A stretch of DNA of 64,000 nucleotides from an uncultured Actinomycetes bacterium (GCA_963704725.1 OY969934.1:736001-800000); one strand, 5' to 3'; positions 28,370 through 37,153 are shown, counted from the first letter of the stretch. Numbers and translations are program-made. Notes: a model not told the origin generated them from the letters alone.

Positions 28370-30313
28370 TCAGGCCACCGCGGCGACGAGCTCGCCGGAC
28401 CGGAAGCGCTCCGAGATGACCTCGGCCGGCACGGGCCGGCTGAAGTAGAAGCCCTGACCGAGCTCGCAACCCTGCTCGGTCATGAAGCGCCACTCGCCCT
28501 CGGTCTCGATCCCCTCGGCGAGGGTCGTCATGCCGAGGCCCTGGCCGAGCTGGATGAAGGCCGCCACGATCTTCGCCGCCTGGGGATCGATGTCGACGCG
28601 CGACACGAACGACCGGTCGATCTTCAGCACGTCGACCGGGAGGGTGCGCAGCCGCCACAGGTTCGAGTAGCCGGTACCGAAGTCGTCGATCGCGAGCCGG
28701 AGCCCCCGCGCGTGCAGGTCCCACAGGATGGCCTGGGCGCGCTCGGGGTCACGCATGGCCGAGGTCTCCGTGACCTCCACGACGACCTTGCGGGGGTCCA
28801 TCGCCCGCTCGTCGAGGCGGCCCAGGATCCGCTCGGCCAGGTCCGGCTGCCAGAACTGCCTGGGGGAGAGGTTGAACCCCATCTCCAGCGTCAGGCCCTC
28901 GCCGCGCCACGCCTCGTCCTGGCGGACGATCTCGTCCACCACCCAGTCGCCGATCGCCTCGATCAAGCCGAGCTCCTCGGCCAGCGGGATGAAGTCGTTC
29001 GGCGGGATCAGCTCGCCGTCCTCGTTGATCCAGCGGACGAGGGCCTCGACCCCCTTGATCGAGCCGGTGGCGAGCTCCACGATCGGCTGGTAGTGCAGCC
29101 GCCACTCCTGGCGGTCGACCGCCCGGCGCAGCTTCTGCACGAACAGGAACTTCGTGGCCGAATCGAGCGCCGAGACGTCGGAGACGGCGAACTTGCCCGG
29201 GCCGGCCGTCTTGCTGGCGATCATCGCGGACTCGGAGTGCACCAGGAGCGACGGGACGTTGTGTGCATCGTCGGGGTACAGGCTGATCCCGATGCTCGCG
29301 GTGGCGAAGACCTGGGTCCCGTCCACCACGAAGGGCTCCGCGAGCGCGTCGCGGATACGGCCGGCGACCGCCTCCGCGTACAGCAGCGGGGTCTGCATGT
29401 CGCCGATCGCGCCGCGCTCGAGGTCGGCGAGCAGGACGAGGAACTCGTCGGCGCCCCGCCGGGCGAGCGTGTCCGTCTCGCGGACGGTGGAGCTCAGCCG
29501 GCCGGCGACGGCCTTCAGGAGCCGGTCGCCGCCCTCCATCCCCAGGGTGTCGTTCGCCAGCTTGAACCCGTCGAGGTCGAGCGAAAGGACCGCCATCGAC
29601 AGGTTGGCTCGGTTCGCGCGCGCCAGGGCGAGCTTCGCGACCTGGGTGAACATCGCCTGGTTGGGAAGGCCCGTGAGGCCGTCGTGGTAGGCGAGGAACT
29701 CGATCCGCTCCTCCGCCTCCTTCTCGGTCGTGATGTCCTGCATGATCCCCTGTGAATGCAGGAACGAACCGTCGGCGCGGCGCACCATCACGGCCTCGTC
29801 GCGCACCCAGACCGTCCGGTCGTCACGGACACACAGCCGGTACTCCATCAGGAAGGGCTCGCCGGTCTCGTTGTGCCGGGCGGTCGCCGCGAGCGCACGC
29901 TCGCGGTCCTCGGGGTGCAGGAGCCTCGGCCACAGGTCGGGGTCCTCGCGCCATTCCCTCACCGAGTAGCCGGTGAGCTGCTCGATCCGCGGGCTGATGT
30001 AGAGGGTGGAGGCGGTCTCGTCCAGTGCGTCGATGTAGACGACGGCCGGCGACTGCTCCACCAGGAGCTTGAACCGCTTCTCGTGCTCCCGGATCTCCTC
30101 TTGCTGGCGGCGCAGCACCGCGGATCGCATCGGGACGACGGCGATGAGCCCGATCGACGCGACCGCGAGCAGGACCAGGGCCGAGTTGCGCAGCAGGATG
30201 AGGTTCTGACTCGTCGTGACCACGACGAGGGTGACGACCGCGCCGACCGCCACGAGCGCGCCCGACAGAACCGCGATCCGGTTGAGCCAAGACTGTGCGC
30301 GAGAAGGAATCAC
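28370..30313 (-). CDS. Membrane PAS-GGDEF-EAL protein (GGDEF degenerate, GADEF)
   Basis: Two TM, PAS_3 LHPEDR, HDGLTGLPN, RRGADEF, HYQP, VEALVRW, DDFGTGYS, AEGIE, GQGF. Confidence 0.93.
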   Translation of the reverse strand: MIPSRAQSWLNRIAVLSGALVAVGAVVTLVVVTTSQNLILLRNSALVLLAVASIGLIAVVPMRSAVLRRQQEEIREHEKRFKLLVEQSPAVVYIDALDETASTLYISPRIEQLTGYSVREWREDPDLWPRLLHPEDRERALAATARHNETGEPFLMEYRLCVRDDRTVWVRDEAVMVRRADGSFLHSQGIMQDITTEKEAEERIEFLAYHDGLTGLPNQAMFTQVAKLALARANRANLSMAVLSLDLDGFKLANDTLGMEGGDRLLKAVAGRLSSTVRETDTLARRGADEFLVLLADLERGAIGDMQTPLLYAEAVAGRIRDALAEPFVVDGTQVFATASIGISLYPDDAHNVPSLLVHSESAMIASKTAGPGKFAVSDVSALDSATKFLFVQKLRRAVDRQEWRLHYQPIVELATGSIKGVEALVRWINEDGELIPPNDFIPLAEELGLIEAIGDWVVDEIVRQDEAWRGEGLTLEMGFNLSPRQFWQPDLAERILGRLDERAMDPRKVVVEVTETSAMRDPERAQAILWDLHARGLRLAIDDFGTGYSNLWRLRTLPVDVLKIDRSFVSRVDIDPQAAKIVAAFIQLGQGLGMTTLAEGIETEGEWRFMTEQGCELGQGFYFSRPVPAEVISERFRSGELVAAVA

Positions 30314-30430
30314 CGCATTCCAGGTATCGGGTCCGAGCGAGCCACCCTGAAGTGGGCCCGATAGGGGATGCCCGGCGCCGGCCGCCGCCCGGCACGGCCC
30401 ACGCCCTGCGCCCCGGCCGAGGGAGCGGGC

Positions 30431-31942
30431 CTAGGGCCGGTGCTCCGTCGCCGCGGCGAGGAGGCGCTCCGCGGTCGCTCGCCACGACCACTCGCGGGCG
30501 ATGAACGCGCGCACCGCATCGCGGAGCTCGTCTCGCTCGGCCCGGGCGATGCCGAGGAGATGGTCGAGCCGGGCGGCCAGGTTCGCCACCGGGTCCGGCT
30601 CCGGCTCGAAGGAGAACAGGCCGGGGTGGCCGACCTCGGCCTCGAGCGCGGAGGCGACCTCGGCAAGGCCGGAGTGGCGGGCGACGAGCGGGAGCGCGCC
30701 GGCCGCCGCACCCTCGGCCGTCACCATGCCGAACGCCTCGTGCAGGATCGACGGCACGACGAGCACGTCCATCGCCGCCAGCGCCCCGGGCGCGTAACGG
30801 TGGTCGAGCCGGCCGGTGAACGAGACCTCGAGTCCCGGCGCCGGTCCCGGCCGGGGCAGGTCCAGGCGCTCCGAGAGCCACGCGAGGGCGTCGGCGTCGC
30901 GTCCGCGGAGCACGAGCGCGAGCGCCTGCAGCCACTCCCGATGGGCGCCGAACCCCACCACCACGATCCGGGCGCGCCGCGAGCACGACGCGGCCGCGAC
31001 GAGCAGGTTCGCCACGCCCTTCTGCGGGATCAGCTTGCCGAAGGAGCCGACGATCGGCGGCGGCACCTCCGCCAGGGCCCGCAGCACCCGGGCCGCGCCC
31101 GGATCGGGCATCTCCTGGTCGTAGCCCGCGGCGAGGGCGTCGAGCGCCTCCCCGTCGCGCCGGGCGAGGGCCCGCTCGACCTCCTGGTCGATCCGGTCCG
31201 GACGGCCGCGCGCGGTCGCCGGGTCCGCCTCCAGGCGCTCGGCGGTCTCGAGCAGCGCGGGGCGGCGCGGTTGGGGGCGGAACACGTCGACGTCGACGCC
31301 GGGCGGGACGGTGCGAACGCGACCTCGGATCTGCGGGACGAGCTCGACGCACCGGCGAAGGACGTCGTCGCTCGACCCGGTGACGGCCCGGCCCGAGGGA
31401 AGCCCCTCGCGCGCCAGGGCCAGGTACCGGGCGTCCTCGCGGATCGCGTACTCGAGATCGCTGCCGTGGATCTTCGTCAGGTACCGGCCGGGGCCGACGG
31501 CGCGGAGCGCGACCGTCGCGCCGGGAACCGCGTGGCCGGCGATGACGACCTCGGTGCCCTGCCATTCGGTCGCGGCGCGAAGGGCGACGGCGTTCGCCTC
31601 GAGGTAGGTCTCGAGCTCCTCGTCCGTGAGGTCGACGAACCGCTTCACGTCGAACCCCTCGTACTCGTCCACCACGAAGACGGGCAGCAGGCGGCCGATC
31701 CGCGGCCGGAGCAGGACGCAGCGGCCCTGCGCGGGCTCCGCGCCGTTCGGACTGAGCTCGGAAACGCCGGACCCGTCGACGGTGCCCGCCGCGTCGATCC
31801 ACGGGTAGCGCTCGGCGTGGAGCTCCTGGCACACGAGCAGGACGTCGTGGCCCCGGGATCGCAGGACCTCGGCGACGCGGGCCGTGTAGACGTTGGACCC
31901 GGAGCCCTCCAGGAGCCACCCGTGCCACAGCGCGATCCGCAC
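30431..31942 (-). CDS. GT4 family glycosyltransferase
   Basis: LEGSGSNVY, IHGSDL, PPGVD, GKLIPQKG, VVPSILHEAFGMVTAEGAAAG. Confidence 0.9.
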   Translation of the reverse strand: MRIALWHGWLLEGSGSNVYTARVAEVLRSRGHDVLLVCQELHAERYPWIDAAGTVDGSGVSELSPNGAEPAQGRCVLLRPRIGRLLPVFVVDEYEGFDVKRFVDLTDEELETYLEANAVALRAATEWQGTEVVIAGHAVPGATVALRAVGPGRYLTKIHGSDLEYAIREDARYLALAREGLPSGRAVTGSSDDVLRRCVELVPQIRGRVRTVPPGVDVDVFRPQPRRPALLETAERLEADPATARGRPDRIDQEVERALARRDGEALDALAAGYDQEMPDPGAARVLRALAEVPPPIVGSFGKLIPQKGVANLLVAAASCSRRARIVVVGFGAHREWLQALALVLRGRDADALAWLSERLDLPRPGPAPGLEVSFTGRLDHRYAPGALAAMDVLVVPSILHEAFGMVTAEGAAAGALPLVARHSGLAEVASALEAEVGHPGLFSFEPEPDPVANLAARLDHLLGIARAERDELRDAVRAFIAREWSWRATAERLLAAATEHRP

Positions 31943-31950
31943 CGCGGCGG

Positions 31951-32865
31951 CTAGCCCCGGCCGGAGCCGCTGCCGAGGAGGCGGACGACCTCGCCGAGCC
32001 GCCGGATCGAGCGTTCCTCGATCGGCGTCACGACCAGGATCGCCTCGTGCGCGCCGGCGTCCGCGAGGTCCCGCAGGTGCGCCGCGACGCGCTCCGGCGA
32101 TCCCTCGATCGGCGGCGACGCCTCGGTGACCGGGCGGCCGGCGGCGTCTCGGTCCAAGACGACGAACACGCATGCGCTGCGCTCGATCTCCGCCGGGTCC
32201 CGACCGACCTCGCGGGCCGCGGCCGTGACCCGCTCGCTCTCGGCCCGGAAGCCCTCCGCCGAGTTGCCGTAGAGGTCGTACCAGATGTTCCACGAGCCCA
32301 CGTGGGGCAACCCGATCCGGAGCATCCGGTCCCCGCTGCTGCCGAGCATGAGCGGGACGCTTCTCCCGGGCGGCGGGCGCAGGACGGCGTCCTCCGCGGT
32401 GTGGAAGCGGCCGGCGAGGGTGACCCGCTCGCCGGCGAGGAGCCCGCGCACGATGGCGAAGGCCTCCTCGAACCGGTCGACGCGGTGGTCCATCGGGATG
32501 CCGAACGCTCGGAACTCGGTCTCGTTCCACCCGGCGCCCACGCCGAGCACGAGCCGGCCGCCCGAGATCTCGTCGATCGTCGCCGCCGTTCGCGCCAGGA
32601 CCCCGGGCGGGTGGAAGGCGAGACAGGCGACGAGCGGTCCGAGCCGGACGCGCCGGGTCGCCGCGGCCAGCCCGGCCAGGCTGGCCCACGCGTCCCACGG
32701 GCCACGCTCGGGGCGGCCGTCGTCCCGGTACAGGAGGTGGTCGCCGACCCAGATGGAGTCGAACCCCTCCTCCTCGGCCGCGCGGGCCATCGCGACGAGC
32801 TCGGGCCAGGGCACGACCCGCTCCACCTCCGGGAGCTGGATCCCGACGCGGATCGGCTTGGGCAC
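31951..32865 (-). CDS. Luciferase-like (LLM) flavin/F420-dependent oxidoreductase
   Basis: AEEEGFDSIWVGDH, LARTAATIDEISGGRLVLGVGAGW; TACACT -10 box 7 nt before GTG. Confidence 0.9.
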   Translation of the reverse strand: MPKPIRVGIQLPEVERVVPWPELVAMARAAEEEGFDSIWVGDHLLYRDDGRPERGPWDAWASLAGLAAATRRVRLGPLVACLAFHPPGVLARTAATIDEISGGRLVLGVGAGWNETEFRAFGIPMDHRVDRFEEAFAIVRGLLAGERVTLAGRFHTAEDAVLRPPPGRSVPLMLGSSGDRMLRIGLPHVGSWNIWYDLYGNSAEGFRAESERVTAAAREVGRDPAEIERSACVFVVLDRDAAGRPVTEASPPIEGSPERVAAHLRDLADAGAHEAILVVTPIEERSIRRLGEVVRLLGSGSGRG

Positions 32866-32945
32866 GGCCGGGAGTGTATGCGCGAGCCGTCGGCGTCGCG
32901 CTAGGGTTGTCCCCCGCACCGCGAACCCGGAAGGAGGCTCGAGCG

Positions 32946-33176
32946 ATGGACGAGACCACCACGCGCACGCTGTCGGACGAGGACATCGAGACCCTGGTGC
33001 CCGGATCGGCATCGACCACCGAGGAGCGCCCCCGCGACGAGGACGGCACCGACTCCAAGGACTCGGACGGCACCGACGGCGACACGACCGACCAGAAGGA
33101 CGGCGACGCGAGCGACTCGCAGGACGCCGATGGGACGGACGCCGGCGACTCGGACGGGGCCGACCAGCCTTCGTGA
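32946..33176 (+). CDS. Asp-rich repeat peptide, putative RiPP precursor (76 aa)
   Basis: SD aaggagg; leader-like TLSDEDIETL; core DEDGTD/DSDGTD/DGDASD/DADGTD/DSDGAD; GTGA overlap with the cupin gene. Confidence 0.75.
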   Translation: MDETTTRTLSDEDIETLVPGSASTTEERPRDEDGTDSKDSDGTDGDTTDQKDGDASDSQDADGTDAGDSDGADQPS

Positions 33177-34363
33177 GCTCCCTCGCTCCACCCACCGCGC
33201 GAGGCGTGGCGGGGTCGTCCGCGCTCGCGCGCTGCGTGGGCGATCCCGCGACGTTCCTGGCCGAGTCCTGGGGGCGTCGCGCGGTGGTGCTCGCCCGTGT
33301 CGACGCCGTTGGATACGCGGACCTGCTCACGTTCGACGACGTCGATCGTCTCCTGTCGACGACCTCGCTGCGGACGCCGTCGTTCCGGCTCGTCCGGTCC
33401 GACCGCACGATCGCGGAGTCCGAGTACACGCGCTCGGGCACGACCGGATCCCGGCCCGTGGACGGCATGGCCGATCCGGCGCGGGTGTTCGCGCTCTTCC
33501 GCGAGGGGGCCACGATCGTCCTCCAGGGCCTGCATCGGTACTGGGAGCCGGTCACCGAGCTGGTCCGGGGGCTCGAGGTCGAGCTCGGCCATCCGTGCCA
33601 GGTGAACGCCTACGTCACGCCGCCCGGGGCTCAGGGGCTCGCGCTCCACGAGGACCCGCACGACGTCCTCGTGCTCCAGGCGTTCGGCCGCAAGCACTGG
33701 GAGGTGCACGCCGCCCCGGGGGAGCCGGCCCGCGACGCGGCCCAGGCCGTCGTCGAGCCCGGGGACGCCATCTACATGCCGAAGGGGACGCCGCACGCGG
33801 CGACGACGCAGGAGACGCTCTCGGGCCACCTCACCGTCGGCATCCACGTCGCGACGTGGCGGGACGTGGTGCGCGACGCTGTTTCGCACGCCGAACGGGA
33901 CCCCTCGCTCGACGAGCCCGTCCCGGCGGGGTGGACCCGCGACCCGGAGGCCGTGGGACGCGAGCTGGCGGGCCGGCTCCGGGCGCTCGCCGCCCGGCTC
34001 GAGGAGGTCGACGCGGACGAGGTGGCGCGGGCGCGCGCCGAGCGGTTCCTGTCGACGCGGAACCCGGTCCTGCGCGGTGCGCTCGTGGACCAGATGGCGC
34101 TCGACGCGATCGGCGACGCGACCGAGCTCCGCCGGCGGGCCGGCGCGGTGTGCGAGCTCCGGCCGGCGGGCGATCGGCTCGTCGTGCTCCTCGGCGACCG
34201 GCGGCTGGAGATGCCCGGCTGGCTCGAGCCCGCGATGCGCCTCGTCGCCGGGTCCGAGACGTTCCGCGTCCGCGATCTCGCCGAGGACGTCCCCGACGCC
34301 GAGAGCCGGGCCGTGCTGGCCCGGCGCCTCGTCCGGGAGGGGCTCGTCCGCCCTGCGCCGTAG
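33173..34363 (+). CDS. JmjC/cupin_4 (ROXA/YcfD/NO66-like) Fe(II)/2-oxoglutarate oxygenase
   Basis: VNAYVTPPGAQGLALHEDPHDVLVLQAFGRKHW, EPGDAIYMPKGTPH (HxD...H), HLTVGI; C-terminal winged-helix-like domain. Confidence 0.9.
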   Translation: MSSLAPPTARGVAGSSALARCVGDPATFLAESWGRRAVVLARVDAVGYADLLTFDDVDRLLSTTSLRTPSFRLVRSDRTIAESEYTRSGTTGSRPVDGMADPARVFALFREGATIVLQGLHRYWEPVTELVRGLEVELGHPCQVNAYVTPPGAQGLALHEDPHDVLVLQAFGRKHWEVHAAPGEPARDAAQAVVEPGDAIYMPKGTPHAATTQETLSGHLTVGIHVATWRDVVRDAVSHAERDPSLDEPVPAGWTRDPEAVGRELAGRLRALAARLEEVDADEVARARAERFLSTRNPVLRGALVDQMALDAIGDATELRRRAGAVCELRPAGDRLVVLLGDRRLEMPGWLEPAMRLVAGSETFRVRDLAEDVPDAESRAVLARRLVREGLVRPAP

Positions 34364-34390
34364 CGTTCTCCTCCTCGTACGCTGGAGCGC

Positions 34391-35288
34391 GTGAGCCAGG
34401 GCTTCCGATGCGCCGCCGACAGCGCGGCCCGCGACGAGCCGATGCTCGGCACCGCTTCCACGGTTCGGAACTGGCTCCTGCTCGAGCATCCGGGCCCGTG
34501 GGGCGTGTCCCCGCTGCGCGACGCCCGGCTGCCGGGCGGCGTCGGCGAGCAGCTGCGGCGCGAGGCGCGCGACCGAGGTGTCCGCGTGCTCATGATCCGC
34601 CGCGTCGACCGCTCGAGCGACGGGTCGACCACCTGCTTCGCGATCCACTCCGGACCGGATGAGCCCTGGATCGAGCGGATCGAGCTCGCCAGGTTCGAGA
34701 ACGCGGCGTCGATCGACCTGGAGCGGCTGGGCGCGGGTCGGCGCCTCGGCCGAGGCGAGCGCCACGTCGGCGCGCTGTTCCTCGTGTGCACGCACGGGCG
34801 GCGAGATCCATGCTGCGCCGAGCGCGGTCGACCCTTGGCTCGGGCCATGGCGGACGCGTTCCCCGCCGAGACCTGGGAGTCGAGCCACGTGGGGGGCGAC
34901 CGGTTCGCGGCGAACCTCGTCGCGTTCCCGCACGGCGTGTACTTCGGCCGCGTCGAGCCCGCCGACGGTCCGAGCGTCGGCCGGGCCTACCTCGAGGGAC
35001 GGCTCGACCTGGCCCACCTGCGGGGGCGCTCGTGCCGGCGGCTCCGGGTGCAGGCGGCCGAGCGGTTCCTCCGTGAACGCGAGGGGCTGGACCGGCATCG
35101 ACGACGTCGACCTCGAGGACGCCGCGCCGGAGGGCGACGGGTTCGCGGCCAGGTTCCGAACGGTCGCGGGGCGCTTCGAGGTCCGCCTCGTCCGCGAGGC
35201 GTCGGCGGACGCGGTCCGGCTGACGTGCCACGGCGAGGCCGACGAGCATCCGCCCGCCTACCGCCTGCTGTCGATCGAACGCCTCTAG
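34391..35288 (+). pseudogene. Sucrase/ferredoxin-like [2Fe-2S] protein (Apd1/Aim32 family) with a +1 frameshift near 35083-35090 (real lesion or sequencing error)
   Basis: WLLLEHPGPWG, LVCTHGRRDPCCA, WESSHVGGDRFAAN; C-terminus TGIDDV...RLTCHG continues in the next frame. Confidence 0.8.
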
Positions 35289-36322
35289 ACCTCGTCGTCG
35301 TCGACGAACTCCGCCCGGACGCCCAGGAGCCGGACCGGCCGGTCGAGCTCGAACCGGTCCAGGGCCGCGAGCGCCCCGGCCGCGACGGCGTCCGCGCTCG
35401 CGGAGGGTTCGGCCAGCGCGGCGCCGTGGGTGCTGGTGAAGAACGGCGCGAAGCGAACCTTGACGACGACCCGGGCCACCCGCCGGGCGCCGGGTCCGAG
35501 GTCGTCGACCAGGTCCCGGGCCAGCTCCGCGACGCGGGCGCGGATCTCGTCGGGGTCGGAGAGGTCCTTCTGGAAGGTGCGCTCGCGGCCCCGGCCCCGC
35601 GGGACGTACGGCTCGTCCGTCACGACGTCGTCGCCCTCGCCGGCCCCCAGCGAACGGATCCACGGCCCGGTCCTCGGGCCGAACCGCCGGGCCAGCCGCT
35701 CCGGCTCCGACTCCGCGAGCTCACGGACCGTGCGGATGCCGAGCCCCTCGAGCTTCGCGGCCGTCTTCGTACCGATGCCCCACAGGTCGCCGGTGGGCCG
35801 GTGGCCCATGACCTCGAACCACGTGTCGGCGGTGAGCCGGAAGACGCCGCGCGGCTTGGCGAAGCCGGTGGCGATCTTCGCCCGCAGCTTGTTGTCCCCG
35901 ACGCCGATCGAGCACCACAGGCGCGTGCGCTCGAGGACCGCGCTCTGCACGGCGCGGGCGAGCCCCTCGGGATCGTCGTGCTCGGCGCCGAGGAAGGCCT
36001 CGTCCCACCCCATGACCTGGACGACCACGGGGAACGTGCGGAGCACGTCCATCACGGTCCGCGACGCGGCCAGGTACGTCTCGGCGTCCACCGGGAGGAA
36101 GACCGCGCCCGGGCATCGCTTGTACGCCGTGCGCAGCGGCATGCCCGAGCGCACCCCGAACCGGCGGGCCACGTAGTTGGCGGTCGAAACGACGCCGCGC
36201 TTGGAGGGGTCCCCGTCGCCGCCGACCACGACGGGCCGCCCGGCGAGCTCGGGACGGCGCAGGATCTCGACGGCCGCGATGAACTCGTCGAGGTCGACGT
36301 GCAGGACCCAGCGCGCCGGCAC
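35285..36322 (-). CDS. dinB: DNA polymerase IV (Y family, DinB2-like)
   Basis: LHVDLDEFIAAVE, STANYVARRFGVRSGMP, GWDEAF, NKLRAKIA..FAKP, LWGIG. Confidence 0.93.
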   Translation of the reverse strand: MPARWVLHVDLDEFIAAVEILRRPELAGRPVVVGGDGDPSKRGVVSTANYVARRFGVRSGMPLRTAYKRCPGAVFLPVDAETYLAASRTVMDVLRTFPVVVQVMGWDEAFLGAEHDDPEGLARAVQSAVLERTRLWCSIGVGDNKLRAKIATGFAKPRGVFRLTADTWFEVMGHRPTGDLWGIGTKTAAKLEGLGIRTVRELAESEPERLARRFGPRTGPWIRSLGAGEGDDVVTDEPYVPRGRGRERTFQKDLSDPDEIRARVAELARDLVDDLGPGARRVARVVVKVRFAPFFTSTHGAALAEPSASADAVAAGALAALDRFELDRPVRLLGVRAEFVDDDEV

Positions 36323-36341
36323 GGTCGCGATCGCCGGCCCG

Positions 36342-36827
36342 TCAGCTCGTCGGGCTCGACCCCGCCCCCGAGCGTTTGGCGGCGCTCTTCTTGGGCGCCG
36401 TGGAGCGCTTCTTGGCGCTCGATCTCTTAGCGGCCGACTTCTTGGCGCCGGACTTCCTCGTGCCGGACTTCTCGGCGCTCGACGTGCCGGGGCTCGACGT
36501 CTTCGCCGAGCCCGACGCCGCCGATCCGCCGCGCCGGGCGACCGTCGCCACGCGGTTGGCCACCTTCGGGGCGCCCTCCGCGATGGCCTTGCCGATCTGC
36601 GGGGCGCGCTTGGCCACCTGGTCGCCCGCGGCACGGACGGCCTTGCCGACGGCCGGCGGCGTCCTCGAGGCGACGCGCTTGGCCACCTCCGGGGCCCGCT
36701 TGCGGACCGCCTTGGCGATCTGGGGCGCCTTGTCCGCCACGGCCTTGCCGACGCCGGGAGCCTTCTGGGCGAGCTCCGAGACGAGGTCGCCGAGCCGGTC
36801 GACCGCTGCCTTCGAACGTGGGCTCAT
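36342..36827 (-). CDS. Basic Lys/Ala-rich protein with about 11-residue amphipathic repeats and a histone H1-like tail
   Basis: KAPGVGKAVAD/KAPQIAKAVRK/RAPEVAKRVAS/RAPQIGKAIAE; AKKSAAKRSSAKK. Confidence 0.7.
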   Translation of the reverse strand: MSPRSKAAVDRLGDLVSELAQKAPGVGKAVADKAPQIAKAVRKRAPEVAKRVASRTPPAVGKAVRAAGDQVAKRAPQIGKAIAEGAPKVANRVATVARRGGSAASGSAKTSSPGTSSAEKSGTRKSGAKKSAAKRSSAKKRSTAPKKSAAKRSGAGSSPTS

Positions 36828-36875
36828 GTGCTCAGCGTAGGCGAAACGCCGCGACCGCGTCGAGGGTCGTGCGGC

Positions 36876-37115
36876 CTAGAGGCGCTGGGGCGCCTCCGCC
36901 CGCCGCACCAGCATCGGCTCCTCGGGCATGACCGTCCACGGCACGCCGTCGACGGTCACGACCTCGTCCTCCGGAACGAGGACGCGGACGGGTCCGGCGA
37001 GCTCGGCGATGCCCCCGTCCAGGCGCGCCGCCGAGCGGCCGCACCCGCAGACGTTCCGACCGTCGCGCATCCGCAGGAGCTCACCGCACGCGAGGCATTT
37101 CAAGAGCACGCTCAT
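36876..37115 (-). CDS. Small zinc-binding hypothetical protein
   Basis: SD gggagg; MSVLLKCLACGE...VCGCGRS. Confidence 0.65.
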   Translation of the reverse strand: MSVLLKCLACGELLRMRDGRNVCGCGRSAARLDGGIAELAGPVRVLVPEDEVVTVDGVPWTVMPEEPMLVRRAEAPQRL

Positions 37116-37153
37116 GGCCAGCCTCCCGGCTCGGACCGGATGAGAGGGGTCAA

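Noticed and set aside
32901-33191. Minus-strand 96-aa Val/Gly/Arg ORF opposite the acidic peptide
   Set aside because: Antisense shadow; the plus strand has the SD, typical codon usage and coupling to the cupin gene.
30431-35098. 1555-aa minus-strand ORF suggesting a giant glycosyltransferase fusion
   Set aside because: Only 30431-31942 is a real GT4; the rest is an open shadow over the LLM, peptide and cupin genes.
35285-36322. dinB as part of an imuA-imuB-dnaE2 cassette or mobile element
   Set aside because: No imuA, dnaE2, integrase or transposase nearby; the catalytic residues are those of an ordinary Pol IV.
34391-36430. 679-aa sucrase-ferredoxin with a long C-terminal extension
   Set aside because: The extension results from the frameshift and runs antisense to dinB.
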